Below, one piece after another: positions 42,414-55,843 of a stretch of 64,000 nucleotides of DNA (the first letter of the stretch is position 1; the number at the start of each line of letters is the position of its first letter). The notes beneath the pieces are model-generated. The model made no database searches, was not told the origin of the DNA, and was given only the letters and a program-made list of their open reading frames with translations. Position numbers and translations under genes: made by a program. The stretch is from Eledone cirrhosa (lineage: Eukaryota), in the NCBI GenBank assembly GCA_964016885.1, contig OZ024740.1:118606001-118670000 (forward strand), in the 5' to 3' direction.

Positions 42414-44489
42414 ACTATAATCTTCAAAATTTTATCTCACAGGACTTTATCACTCACACAATTTTCGCATCTAAAAATAATGTATCAACAAGTACTACCA
42501 CAGAAATCTTAATTTGCTTGTTACAACCAACCATGCACATATATATGATAACATGTTCTTAAGTCAAGGCTAAAATAATTAATTGCATGAATTAAAAGTT
42601 TAATCAACTTGAAGACACACTTAATGTAATGTGAAAAAAAGAATTAATTGTAATCCTTCTCTAAGGAAAAGGAGATGCCATAAAATTCAAATGATTAAAG
42701 ATTGATTAAGGGCCTGCAGTGGGAGTTCAGTCCGATTTTTTGTAAATACACTGAGAACTTCAGTTATACATCCATTTAAGAAACTTAGTAAACATACTAA
42801 GCTATTCAAATGTTTAGATTAGGTAAATGGCATATTTGCATGACTTAAAAGGTGGCATGAAAGACATCCAGCCATAAAACAATGCCTCAAAATGTCATAA
42901 GGGCAGCCTGAAACAACACATGAGGCCCCACTTCATCTTGTCAAATCTCATGCATGATGGTCAAGTACCTGATGTTCCAAACAACAAATATAAACACCAA
43001 CAGATGGATAGATAGTCACACACACACACACACACACACATGCTATGGGTCTCCGCATAGTTTGGTATGATAATCAGGGCAATTATGTATGCATTTATGT
43101 ATTTATGAATCTGTATATCTAAGTGCATTTATGTTTACTCTCGAAAATAAGTACTGCTAATGTTATGTGGTGTACCCTAGGTATTTGATAATTAGAGATC
43201 AATAAAATAAGTACGTCACTGGGAATAAAATCAATGCTGAAGTTTATGTGCTTGATTGAACCTAGTAAATGAATAAGAGACTAAACAACCGGTTACAAAA
43301 AAACAACAAAAATACAAGCATAAATGCATAGTTGAAACTACTTAACTTAAAGGAAAACCTAGCTAAACATATTAAATAAATTGAGGACTCATGAGCTGAT
43401 TAATTGAATTTATGGCGTTTATAAAGCCATGAATTCCTATCCATTTGAAAGATATAATATACATTTACTTAGCCAAAGTATCAACTTCAGTTTGCTCTAA
43501 GTATTTTATCAATCACTATGGGTTCTAAGAGTAAAATTATAAGTAGGAAGGAAATAGATAAAAAGTCTGTTGACAGCAGATAATTGTTTTGTGCAGACGT
43601 ACAGTGTATCATACATCAGGATTCTGTTTAGACCCAATCTAGTTTATTGGTTTTATAAATGCGGTGTCATCGTTAATTAAAACCATATGCAAGCTTTTTG
43701 CAGATAACTTCAAGATTTTTCAAGATTGTGTTTGAGAGTGCTAAAAGAAGATTTGGATAAACAGATTTCTTGGTTTAATTAGAGACAATTACCATTGAAT
43801 GTTTATAAATTCCAGTGCTTTCACATAATTTCAGTCAATCCTAAACATACTTATCAAATGAAGGAGCACGTAATTGTAACTGTTGAGAAGAGAAAAAAAA
43901 TGGAAAGATTTTGGGTGTGATTATTGATTCTTAGTAGCAGTTAAGAAAGCTTATAACAGTCTGAGAATAATATAAATAACTTTTTAGTAGTCATCAAAAA
44001 GATGTTTTCAATGAGTTTCATGAAAACCTATATTTCTAATATAGTAAATCAAATCAGGAACTTATTTCATCATAAATCATATTCTTGTAGAAAATAAGTG
44101 AAATGAAGATACACAACTGATTGCAAATTAAAAAAGAAACATATCATAAGAAGCTAGATGTAAGGTGTTGATTTTCCCTTAAGACAGCATTGGCAAGGGA
44201 CTGAAGACATGATTTATGCTTCTAAGATAATTAAAAAAAAAATAAATCAAACAACAAAATAATATAGAATTTCATCAGATATTTACAATTAGTCATTAAC
44301 ATGAATCTTCCTAACAACATATTACACAGTTAATTTGTGGTTCATCACAAGACAAGTGTCCTTAATTTTTCTGTGTAACAAAAAAAGTATTTCCATTTAT
44401 GCAGGTTTTTATCAGATTTTCTTATATGTTGTGTTGGGCATATTATATGCAAATGCAAACAAAGAAGGCGGCTTACAAATAAGTATTCC

Positions 44490-44915
44490 ATCTTACACCT
44501 GTAGTACAGAAAGTCACAGCAGAGACATGGGAAGACTTTGGGTTAAGCTGGAATCTGACTTTAGGTCAGCAAATAAAGTATTCTGGCAGACCATCCACCA
44601 ATTTTGTAATAAGATATCCCCTACGATTGCTATCAAGAATGGAAGATTTCTCACTAAAGAGAATATATGCCTGACCTCCTAAATCGGTTACAGCAACATC
44701 ATCTGATATACTTGAGGTGTATCTATGGGCAAAGTCTAACCTTTCAGAGGAGGCTGAGATCTCCAAAGAATTAAAGTGCTCAAATGTTGCAAGTCTCTTG
44801 GGGAGGAGAAAGTTTAGCCTGAGATATTAAAAGCCTTTAATAGAGAAGGTATTCTCTGGCTGACATGTGTGCTGGATGGTCTAAATGTCTGGAAAGGCAC
44901 TTAAGCAATGGCAAT
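44490..44915 (+). mobile_element. RTE (Expander-like) LINE internal fragment, decayed
   Basis: KLESDFRSANKVFWQTI and PEILKAFNREGILWLTCV. Confidence 0.6.
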
Positions 44916-45293
44916 CGAGATGATACTCAACTAGGGGGAAACTCATGTTATTTAAACAAGTGTGTGTGAAAAGAGAATTCACTTCAAAGTGATATTGATC
45001 AGTATTTAAAAAATGCTCAAGTGCCTTTAGATTTAAAAAAAAATGTATATAAAGGTGCACTACAGAGAATGCTGCATTATATATTTTGCCATCATCAGGG
45101 AGGGTGTTATGAAGACATAGAAGTCTTACCAAAGTAGCAAGATCTGTTCAATTGTGTCTTTGAAACAATTGAAGAGTTTTTGCTGCTTTGGCAAGACTCC
45201 TATGGCTAGTTGCTCTTCCTATAAATACTCACTTTATTAATTGACTAAATCTATATTTTATCGGGACAGCAATATCGAATTATAGAATTACAT

Positions 45294-45353
<60 letters not shown>

Positions 45354-45392
45354 GATATTAATAAGTGGAAACTATATTTATAAAACCATATT

Positions 45393-45457
45393 TATTTCAT
45401 TATACATATTTCAGGGATACCCAATTAAATTATGGTATGCCTTCATCAGACAAAATA
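45393..45457 (-). ncRNA. Type I minimal hammerhead (left arm)
   Basis: UAUUUUGU-CUGAUGA-AGGcAUACC...GGUAUcCCU-GAAA-UAUGUA-UA-AUGAAAUA. Confidence 0.7.
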
Positions 45458-45613
45458 CAATATATAACAGTTTTACAAATAAGCTTTGACGTACCCTTTT
45501 AAAATGCAACCATTATTTTTGGAAGCCATCTGGCTATCCAGATGGCTTCCAAAAATAATGGTTGCATTTTAAAAAGGTACGTCAAAGCTTATTTATAAAA
45601 CTGTTATATATTG

Positions 45614-45678
45614 TATTTTGTCTGATGAAGGCATACCATAATTTAATTGGGTGTCCCTGAAATATGTATAATGAAATA
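45614..45678 (+). ncRNA. Type I minimal hammerhead (right arm)
   Basis: Same fold; predicted cleavage after A45670. Confidence 0.7.
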
Positions 45679-45806
45679 AATATGGTTTTATAAATATAGT
45701 TTCCATTTATTAAAATCGTATATCTACTCCAAATACATGTCGAGCGCTTTATATCAGTTATAAAAATATTTACTTGTTGTATCCCAACAATTTTAAATAG
45801 AACTTT

Positions 45807-45900
<94 letters not shown>

Positions 45901-45956
45901 AATATATATATACTTATATATAGATATATAGATATTTATAAATATATATATATATT

Positions 45957-45992
<36 letters not shown>

Positions 45993-46006
45993 AATACATA
46001 TATATT

Positions 46007-46046
<40 letters not shown>

Positions 46047-46211
46047 AATACATATATATTTATAAATATATATTGTTATACTTTGGGAGGGCCATGTTGC
46101 CAATAAGAAACACACGCACCAGTTGCTTTCACTTCAATTTATTATATATTTATAAATTTATAAATTTCTGGTTGGTTGGTTGGTTCCACAACCAGATAGT
46201 TGTTTATATAT

Positions 46212-46256
46212 AGTCATAGTTCTTTCGTCACACACTCTGTGACCTCTTCAGTGACT
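46212..46256 (-). ncRNA. Minimal hammerhead in PLE pLTR (intact core)
   Basis: AGUCA-CUGAAGA-G-GUCACA gagug UGUGAC-GAAA-GAAC-UA-UGACU. Confidence 0.75.
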
Positions 46257-46456
46257 GGGGATTCCTTTCTTTGTTTCTGTGCCTCTCCTTTGTTCTGTCC
46301 TACGACATTTTGTTTCTGTGTGTGTGTTGTGTGCTCAGTCTGCGCATGCGCCACATCCGGGTGTCTGTGTGTGTTTATGTTCATTTATTTATTTGTTTAT
46401 TTACATGTTACTGGTTGGTTGTTTGTTCTATGTGTGTGTGTGTTTTCATTTTGTCC

Positions 46457-46859
46457 TTAATTGTAAGTTGTGATGTTGCTGTTCCACTCATATTTTCTAT
46501 TTAATTTTGGCTTTAATTCTTTTATGTTTATTGCCTCTGTAATTTGTCTAAACATTGCGTCTTTTCTGTGTGTAGATTCTATTTTTATTTCTATGTTCTC
46601 TAATTTACCCTTGTGTTCTATCTTAGCATGTTGGTAGAGTACAGATGATTCTTTATTATCTTGAAGGTCTCGCCAGTGTTCATTTTTCCGTTCCCCTACA
46701 CTACGAGCTGTCTCACCTATGTACACTATATTTTTGTCTCTACATTGTCCTTCAGTACATCTTATGCTATACACTACATTTCTAGTTTTACAGTTAATAT
46801 GGGGGCTTATTTTACAGGTTATACATTTCTTATCTATACATGAGAGTCTTTGAAAAGGG
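46457..46859 (-). pseudogene. PLE GIY-YIG endonuclease C-terminal fragment (open frame, 5'-truncated)
   Basis: CITC..NCKTRNVVYSIRC..C..VYIGETARSVGERKNEH..LYQH..EH..FRQITEAINI..PKLN. Confidence 0.9.
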
Positions 46860-46958
46860 TGTGGCGCATGCGCAGACTGAGCACACAACACACACACGGA
46901 AACAAAATGGCGTAGGACAGAACAAAGGAGAGGTACAGAAACAAAGAAAGGAATCCCC

Positions 46959-47003
46959 AGTCACTGAAGAGGTCACAGAGTGTGTGAAGAAAGAACTATG
47001 ACT
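46959..47003 (+). ncRNA. Second pLTR hammerhead copy (C11.1 mutated to A)
   Basis: AGTCA-CTGAAGA-G-GTCACAgagtgTGTGAA-GAAA-GAAC-TA-TGACT. Confidence 0.65.
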
Positions 47004-47408
47004 ATATATAAACAACTATCTGGTTGTGGAACCAACCAACCAACCAGAAATTTATAAATTTGTAAATTTATAAATTTATAAATATATAATAAATTGAAGT
47101 GAAAGCAACTGGTGCGTGTGTTTCTTATTGGCAACATGACCTTCCCAAAGTATAACAATATCGGTTTCAACACACGATTTCAGATAAAGAATCTTGCTAA
47201 ACAAATTCAGAAACGAAATATAAATATATATATATTTATAAATATATATATTTATAAATATATATATATTTATATATATATATTTATATATATATATATT
47301 TATAAATATATATATATTTATATATATATATATTTATAAATACATATATATTTATAAATATATATATATTTATAAATATATATATATTTATAAATACATA
47401 TATATATT

Positions 47409-47440
<32 letters not shown>

Positions 47441-47803
47441 TATAAATATATATATATTTATAAATATATATATATTTATAAATATATATTTATATATATA
47501 TATTTATATATATATATATATATATATAGGTGATACATATATATATTTATAATATATATATATATTTATATATATATATATATATATAGGTGATACATAT
47601 ATATATTTATAATATATATATTTATAATATATATATTTATATATATTTATATATATTTATATATATTTATATATATATATATTTATATATATATTTATAT
47701 ATATTTATATATATTTATATATATATATATAGTGATACATTTTGAGGTATGCCATGGATAACAGTTCATTTTTGTTGCAACTATCTGCCATCTGCAAGAT
47801 ATA

Positions 47804-47912
47804 CAGGGTGTCCCAAAACAATGTACACACACTTGAACACTTGAACAACATTCTTATAAATATTGCCACTAGAGGAAATCAAAGTATGTATGCATATTTG
47901 GGAAACACCCTG
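47804..47912. mobile_element. Tc1/mariner-type MITE
   Basis: TA|CAGGGTGTCCCAAA ... TTTGGGAAACACCCTG|TA. Confidence 0.7.
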
Positions 47913-48249
47913 TATTTTTACCTTCTTCTCAACAGTTATTCTGACAGAGCACTTGCTGCTAAAGCTGCATCTGCCAGACTGTATCCTTCTGCTAGTCTAT
48001 AAAACTTGTAGCGATCGTGGAAAGTGTCAATGTCAAATTGGGCATATTCTGTTCAACTAGTTCATTACATTTTGGAACATTTCCTATTTCTTGAACGAAA
48101 CTCAATATGTCCATGTTGTCATTATTGTTACTCTATCCTATCATACACAAACACATATACACATACACACATATACACACAACACTAACACATATACACG
48201 CAACAAAAATACATATACATACATACATATACAAACATATATATATATA

Positions 48250-49377
48250 CTAGCTGACATACCCAGCTTGGCCCGACTAAACAGATGATAAGAGAAGACA
48301 GGTAAAAGAGAAAATGACTGTATTGGATGTTTGTCTGGTTACAGTATGAGGCGAGTCCGTGGTGTCTGTGTGATACAGAAAACAGTAAAAAGAAATCTTC
48401 CATATATATACCAGATTCTTCGTTTTACCTTTTGTGCATAGTATATGAACAATTCTAGGTGCTCTCACCTAGAATAGTGACCTCTAGGAGATGGTTCATC
48501 ATCTGCCTGACTGTAAAACGTGTATCATTGCATAGACGTGGTTGTTCCACGTTTCTCAAAAGGATGATGGAAGTTCAAATCTTTTATATTATATGTAGAT
48601 ATAGATATAGATAATTAATATAAAAGATGATGCTCAGCCAGTTCGTCTTAAAACCATCGCAGCACGCCGTCGCTGCTTGGCTCCAGTGTTTGTTGGCGTT
48701 GTTCAGCCAGCTCCTCTTCATTCATGGCGGCACGTCTTCGCCTCTGAAGTTCGGCTTTCCGATGGCGCTGTTCAGCCCGGTTTTCCTTCATTCCTGGCTG
48801 CACGCCGTCGCCGCTGTAGTTCACTGTTTGATAAAGTCGAATTGTTTTTATTATCAGTATTCATTTAAAGCAATTGTCAAAAAATGACACAATAATAAAT
48901 ATAAAAGATGTCAGTCAATGTAAAAAAAGTTCCTATTTACTCCCTTCACAACTCTCTGACAGACAAGCACACAGACGATAAACTGCGTGGCGATTGTGGA
49001 ACGCCCCGCGTACACACACATACACGCATGGAAACGTACAAACGCACGCAAACTTACACAGGCACCCATGCACTTACACACACTTACACACTCACACATG
49101 TTGTTAGTTTTTACTTTCTGTGGAACGCTGCACGCACGCACACACACATAAACATACGCGCACGTACATACACACTCACACATGGTAATAGTTACAGCAT
49201 TCACTTTGCCGCTCTGTTTCTTACTCTCCCCTCTCACTTCATCATTGGCATTATGCGTATTAATTTAAGTTTGGCGTCGTTGAGGTGGGCAGAGTTGTTT
49301 GAAACCTATGAACCAATAATAATCGAGAATTATGACACACGGAATACTGACGTTCTTGAAATTAATATATAGATAGA
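48250..49377 (-). mobile_element. Non-autonomous Helitron unit B
   Basis: Minus 5' end TCTATCTATATATTAATTTCAAG; 3' hairpin plus CTAG|T at 48250; shares modules with unit A. Confidence 0.8.
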
Positions 49378-52300
49378 CTAGCTGACGTACCCAGTTTCGC
49401 CTGGATAAACAGATGATAAGAGAAGACATGTAAAAGAGAAAATGACTGTATTGGATGTTTGTCTGATTACAGTATGAGGCGAGTCCGTGGTGTCTGTGTG
49501 ATACAAAAAACAGTAAAATAAATCTTCCAGATATACCAGATTCATCGTTGTACCGTTTGTGCATAGTATATGAACAATTCTAGGTGCTCCCACCTAGAAT
49601 AGTGACCTCTAGGTTATGGTTCATCTTGTCCCTAACTGTAAAACGTGTATCATTGCATAGACGTGGTTGTTCCACGTTTCTCAAAAGGATGATGAAAGTT
49701 CCAATCTTTTATATTATATGTAGATATAGATATAGATAATTAATATAAAAGATGTCCATCAATGTAAAAAAGGTCCCTATTTACTTGAAATGCCAAATTA
49801 ATATGGATATGGATAACATGCTTATCTATAAGTGGTCAGCTATAATAATAAAACAACAAATTATATGACACAAACATTTATTCAGTAATTTCCAGTCAGT
49901 AATAGACAGTCAATGTTGCCCAGAGTTCAACTGGGGGAGGTGGCCTGGTTTGAACTCCAAATGGCGGATCCTTCTACTTCGAAATAGAATCGTTTCTCAA
50001 TATTACTCTAGCCCTACCCGGCCATAGGATCAAACCTTTTTGCCAGACTCAGCATATGATGAGGTTTTATTACCACCGCAATCAGACGCGATAAATTTGA
50101 AGGCAATTTATACCAATACTTGTTGGTTTTTATTGCTCATTATCGACAATAAATGACATTGAACAGAAATGATAACTCTGTCAAAGCTCACAATACTGGT
50201 CAAAGGACACCAATGTCCGAATCATTTACGTCGCTTATTGATAGCATTAAAGATATGCATACATCAGCTCAAAGCTTCGTTATAGACAATATTCAGGGTT
50301 GTTCCTCTGTTAGTGGTATCAATTGCAAATTTTATATCATCAGGATCGCACACTCGAGATGCAGCAACAGTTGCCCATGGCTGAATGCTGGATCATTCAA
50401 GTAAACACCGACTCGCTTGAAAGTCTGTCCCTGTGCCTTGTTGACAGTCATCGAGAAGGCCAAATTGATGGGAAACTGTCTCCTTTGCCAAATGAATGGC
50501 AGCAGATCTTCACTTGGTCTCAGCATGATCCTCGGAATGAGAACCGATTCCTCTCTGCCTGGGAGTTTAGCTTCTAAAACTCTTCCGTTAATCAATCTCT
50601 CAACAATCAATCTGGTACCATTGCAAAGACCCATTTTATGATTGATATTTCTAAGCAATATAATCGGCATACCCTTTTTCAACCTCAAAATATGTCGGGG
50701 AAATCCGGGTATTTGAAGTGAATTCAGATACTCAGTCAGAACATCCATATTGTTCTGCTGATTAGGCTCCATTGCATCCGCACTGACGGTCAACCATTCC
50801 TCTCCAGGAAACATTCCGGCTACTTGTGAATTTATTTCATCGACCGTTGCATTCGTATGAGTTAGAATATCGCGTTCCGATATCCAGGAGATATTGTGCC
50901 AAAACGTATTCAAATTAGGGAACACCCAGTCAATCAATGCTTGGAGGTCCAGTGGAATGACCAAATGGTCTGGGATTTTTACAGTCTGATTATCACCAAC
51001 GTGTTGCAATTCATCGTTTCCCAACTGCATCAACCATAGACCGTATGTCTGAGCCTCTTCGTTTTGCCCGAACATACGAAGTCGCATATTATCGTGTATC
51101 GCAAAACTCTGAAATGGCTCCACAACGGAGACTTTTTCAGACATGCATCGGCAATTTGCGCTCTTTGAGCATTCCTAACAATTGGTAGCACCTGTCTGAA
51201 ATCGCCACCAAGAACGATAGTCTTACCACCGAATGGCAGGTCACTACCGCAGATATCACTCAAAGTTCTGTCCAATGCCTCCAGCAAATATATGTGTGCC
51301 ATTGGAGCCTCGTCCCAAATAATCAGAGACGTATTGCGTATCAGACCCGCGAGTTCACTTTGTCCTGTAATGTTACAGACACTCAACTCATCCGGAGCCA
51401 ATGGAGCCTTGACGCATGAGTGGAAGGTCCTTCCACCACTCAGCAAAGTGGCAGCAATCCCACTGGTGGCCACAGGGGGAGCAATCTTCCTCTGAGCTCT
51501 GACTGCCAATAACATAGTTTTGAAACAGAATGTCTTTTCGGTGCCTCATGGACCATCTATGAAAGCACAAAGTTGCTCATTAGTGGAAATTGAGTGGAGA
51601 ACGCCATCGACCAATTCTCTCTGAGATTGGGTCAACATTGTCATACGTTCATCCACAATACGTTGGATTACCAGTGGATCAAACTGGAATAGTTCCCTCC
51701 AATCGAGTAGCAGCCGTCTAAGCTGCAATCTCATGTTCAATGCTAAGACACGTTGCCGCATTTCTTCATCAGGAATTGGCAAATTGAAATCTGTTAAACA
51801 TTTAAAATGAACTTCAAGCAGTTGCTCAATATTGAGCAAAATAATAGCTTTCATAAAATTTTCATCATCGACCTGAAGATGATGCCTAAAATCATCAGGC
51901 ATAATTCCCCAATGGCGTTCAAATAACTCTCTTGGATCAACCGATCCTGAAATCCTCCTCCAATTCACTATAATCTGTAACGTTAACGTAAATTTGAGCG
52001 AATCAAGGCCTCTCTCCTGGGGTAACTTCTAAATTAACGATACAATAATACAAACGGCCTTGAATGACTACATTCGGTTGCCATGCTCTATTTTTAATAT
52101 CATCCGTTCGCCTTCTAGCTTATTTACTGCAATGAGGAGCACTTTGGCGACACATTCCCTAGACTTCTGTATTGCACTGGCGCTGTTCAGCCACCTCCTC
52201 TTCATCCATCGCAGTACGCCCTTGCTGCTGAATTCTGGCCATCTGCTGATGATGCTCAGCTAGTTCGTTTTTCTTCATTGCTGGCTGCACGCCGTCGCCG

Positions 52301-52885
52301 CTGTAGTTCACTGTTTGATAAAGTCGAATTGCTTTTATTATCAGTATTCATTTCGAGCAATTGTCAAAAAATGACAATAATAAATATAAATGATGTCCGT
52401 CGTGTAAAAAAAGGTCCCTATTTACTCCCTTCACAACTTTGTGTATGTTAGACTGACAGACAGGCACACAGACGGATAAACTACGTGGCGATTGTGGAAG
52501 GCCACATACATACACGCATGGAAACGCGCACACGCACGCAACCTTGCACACACTCACACATGTTGATAGTTTTTACTTTCTGTGGAACGCTGCACGCAGG
52601 CACACACACATAAACATACGTGCACGTACATACACACGCACACATGTTAATAATTATTGCTTTCCTTCCCTTCTTATTTCAACACATGTCTCTACACTGA
52701 CATATATACATAGTGTATCAAACACAGCGTTCACACTCTCCCCTCTCACTCCCTCATTGGCATTATGCATATTAATTTCCGTTTGGCGTCGTTGAGGTGG
52801 GCGGAGTCGCTTGAAACCTATGAACCAATGATATTCGAGAATTATGACACACGGAATACTGACGTTCTTGAAATTAATATATAGA
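49378..52885 (-). mobile_element. Defective Helitron unit A carrying the helicase region
   Basis: A|TCTATATATTAATTTCAAG 5' end at 52885; CCAG-gcgaaa-CTGG hairpin then CTAG at 49378. Confidence 0.85.
50230..51970 (-). pseudogene. Helitron Pif1-family helicase, frameshifted
   Basis: FIDGP, VATSGIAATLLSGGRTFHS, IIWDEAPM, FGGKTIVLGGDFRQVLP, GLCNGTRL, RRQFPINLAFSMTVNKAQGQT, FSHGQL. Confidence 0.95.
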
Positions 52886-52973
52886 TATATAAAGATAATA
52901 AAGATATATATACACACATATAGATAAATTTTATCAAGCCTGATAACATGGCTTTACATAACTTCTATAATAT

Positions 52974-54105
52974 ATCATCATCATCAACGTTTAAAGTTCA
53001 TTTTCCATGCCAGCACGGGTTTGACGAGTTGACTCATTGTGAGACACGTTAGATTAGATGACCGTGCTTTGCTCACAGAGAACAATTTCTGACTTGGTTT
53101 CTATGACTAGATGCCTCTCCTAATGACAACCACATTTACATTGTGAACTGGGTGCTTTTTGTTGTGACACCAACATGACCACTTTAGACTGTGGACTTGA
53201 TGCTTTCTCTCATGTCACCACACAGCCAATTTATAGTGCTCACTGGGTGCTTTTTGTCGTTTCATCAAAAGCGAACACCTTACAGTGTTGACTAGGTGCA
53301 TTTTGTCATGGTACCAAATGGACCAATTTACAGTGGGGACTGGGCGTTTTTGTCATTGCACCAAAACGACCACTTAACAGTGTGGACTGGGTGTTTTTGT
53401 TGTCACCTACAGGGCGTTTTTGTTGTGTCACCAACAGGACCCTGACCACCTTACAGGGCAGACTGGGTGTTTTTTGTCGGGGTACTAGCCTGAATACTCC
53501 TCGAGGTGGATTTGGGCACCTTATGTCATACTACCAACATGACTACTTTACAGGGTAGGCTGGGTGTTTACGTCATGTCACCAGCATGATCCACGTATAT
53601 GGAGGGTTAGGTCCTCTTTTGTCATGACACGAACAAGAGTGCACCTAACATGGTGAACTAGGGGCTTTTGTTGTACCACCAGCATGGCCAGCTTATGGGG
53701 AGGACAGAGCTTTTATCCATTTCAGGAGCATTGTGGAAGGCCATGTTCATCTTTCGATACTTGTATACATGGGTGCATCAGGTGTGGAAAGTAAGAGTGT
53801 TGGCTGCGTGTATGTAGGGTGCGGATTTGAGAGGTAAGTATCAGTTTTACGTCCATTCTTCCATACTAGCATGGGTTAGACGAGTTGTCCTGTTGTGAGC
53901 AATGCTCATATAGAACTGATCTCAGCTTGGGTTTTACAGCTGCATGCCCTTCCGAACGCCAACCTCATTTACAGTGAGTACTGGGTGTTTTTTGTCGTGA
54001 CGCCTACATGACCACTTTGCAGCGTGGACTGGGTGCTTTTTGTCATGACACATACACGACCCCTTTACAGTGTGAGCTGGGTGCTTTTTGTGATGTCACC
54101 ATCGC
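52974..54105 (-). repeat. Two RTE 3' ends (about 52974 and 53845) with an expanded, degenerate ~43-bp minisatellite
   Basis: Repeated unit close to ACCACTTTACAGTGTGGACTGGGTGCTTTTTGTCATGACACC; the same motif occurs twice in the RTE 3' UTR at 34655-34745. Confidence 0.7.
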
Positions 54106-54129
54106 AACCACTTATTAGTGATATGTCCA

Positions 54130-54710
54130 TACTATACATAAAGTTATATATGTACAAGTATGGTGTATGTAACCAAGACTGCACCAATGTGTAAAGATAT
54201 ATACATTTATCTAATTTGGAGAGATATAAACATGAAAGAAAATACGAATTTCCTTGTGAATTGAAAAAAATGATAGACATTTCAATCGATTTTCGGATCT
54301 GACTGGACCCTCATCAGATGACGTATATTTTGATCTAACAAACTACAACGAAATATTTATTTGACGGGTATATATACCCATTCACTCAGTATTAAGAGCT
54401 CGAAGTGGTTATTAATTAAAATATATACTAAGAAGTGTTCTAGTAACCACAATATATGATAAAGTTATATCTCTATAAATACAGAGTGCGTAACCGAGAC
54501 TACTCGAACGTGTATAAATATATACACATATTTAATATGTGGGCCTGTAACCATGCCAGAAAATACGAATCTCCGTGTAAATTAAATAAATGAAATATTT
54601 TAGTCGATTTTCAGATTTCATTGCACCCTTACAAATTAGATATGTGTATATATTTATACACGGTGCAGTCTCTGTCAAGCACTGTATTTATACAGACGAA
54701 ACTATCATAC
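54130..54710 (-). mobile_element. Old partial tandem (period ~321 bp) plus inverted segment, with decayed HHR at about 54276-54322
   Basis: 54140-54300 resembles 54461-54620; 54630-54710 is inverted relative to about 54455-54540. Minus strand reads CUGAUGA-GGGUC caguca GAUCC-GAAA-AUCGAU-UG. Confidence 0.6.
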
Positions 54711-54806
54711 ACTTCAGTTGCTAGGGCATTTCTTACTCTATACATACACAGACACACATATATTCATACACATATACATACTGAAATACATACATATATG
54801 TAAATA

Positions 54807-55577
54807 TAGAAGTAGTAACACAACAGTTAGTTCACCATACCAAGAACAATTGTTTCACCTTATGCGAATCTTCAGCTAGGACTGGTCATGGTTATACGGA
54901 ACAGGACAACGGTATGAACGTGCATGCGCAGAAATGGTCACTTCACCCAAGTGATACAAAGCCAGGAGCGAAAAGTGTAAGGAAGATAACTGCGAAAGTC
55001 CGGAAAAGATGTTCGAGTTGATTTAAAAATTAGAATGTTGTTGTTATTCAATCCGGAGCTTTGTAGTTATGCAAGAGATGTTTGCTGACATGTGGACAAC
55101 GTGACAATATTTCATTTTTTGAATTTAGGCAATCGCCACAACCCGTTTTGTGGACTGTGTTTTGAAGAAAGGATAAATATTCTAAGGAGATTACGCAATA
55201 GCGATTGCCTAAATTCAAGAAGTGGAATCTTGTCACGTTGTCCACATGTCCGGAAACACCACTTGCATAACTACAAAGCTCCGGATTGAATAACAACAAC
55301 ATTCTAATCAACTCGAACATCTTTTCCGCACTTTCGCAGTTATCTTCCTTACACCTTTCGCCCGTGGCTTTGCATCGCTTGGGTGAAGTGACCGTTTCTG
55401 CGCATGCACGTTCATGCGATTGTTCTTCCTGTTCCGTATAACCATGACCAGTCCGAGCTGAAGATCGCATAAGGTGAAACAATTGTTCTCGGCATTGTGA
55501 ACTAACTTGTGTTACTACTTCTAACAAACTCGTCCCATGAACAGAGTGCTCTACCACTACGGATATTACCTTCCAGT

Positions 55578-55580
<3 letters not shown>
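54807..55580 (+). mobile_element. Fold-back element (arms 54807-55136 and 55201-55523, 64-bp spacer, ~57-bp tail)
   Basis: Long imperfect inverted repeat with an HHR-like fold in the arms; ends in (TC)n(TA)n. Confidence 0.8.
55453..55492 (+). ncRNA. Minimal hammerhead-like fold with weak stem II (mirror copy 54840-54880, minus strand)
   Basis: CCGAG-CUGAAGA-ucgcauaaggu-GAAA-CAAUUG-UU-CUCGG. Confidence 0.6.
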
Positions 55581-55648
<68 letters not shown>

Positions 55649-55843
55649 GTAATTTCATATTTCTCAAGAAATACGGTATATTTATTAAATGTTTATCTAT
55701 AAACATACCGTATTTCTTAAGAAATACGAAATTACAATACATATATGTATACAGCTATGCATGAAGCTAAATCCTAATTCTCTCTCTCGTATATATATAT
55801 ATATATATACACGAGAGAGAGAAATAGGATTTAGCCTCATGCA

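Larger units (their letters stand above)
45351..45810 (+). mobile_element. Near-perfect fold-back element (183-bp arms 45351-45533 and 45538-45720, 4-nt loop) plus 90-bp tail, in (TA)n
   Basis: Centre GCCATCTGG-CTAT-CCAGATGGC; one HHR in each arm. Confidence 0.85.
46073..47220. mobile_element. Penelope-like element with inverted pLTRs (46073-46355 and 46860-47158) enclosing a GIY-YIG fragment; possible tail 47159-47220
   Basis: Arms are near-identical reverse complements, each with an HHR; related to 20978-23631. Confidence 0.9.

Noticed and set aside
53130-54105. CRISPR-like regular repeats
   Set aside because: Contiguous degenerate tandem units without unique spacers, in a eukaryotic LINE context with no cas genes.
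55048-55557. 169-aa ORF
   Set aside because: Runs through an inverted repeat with no recognisable domain.
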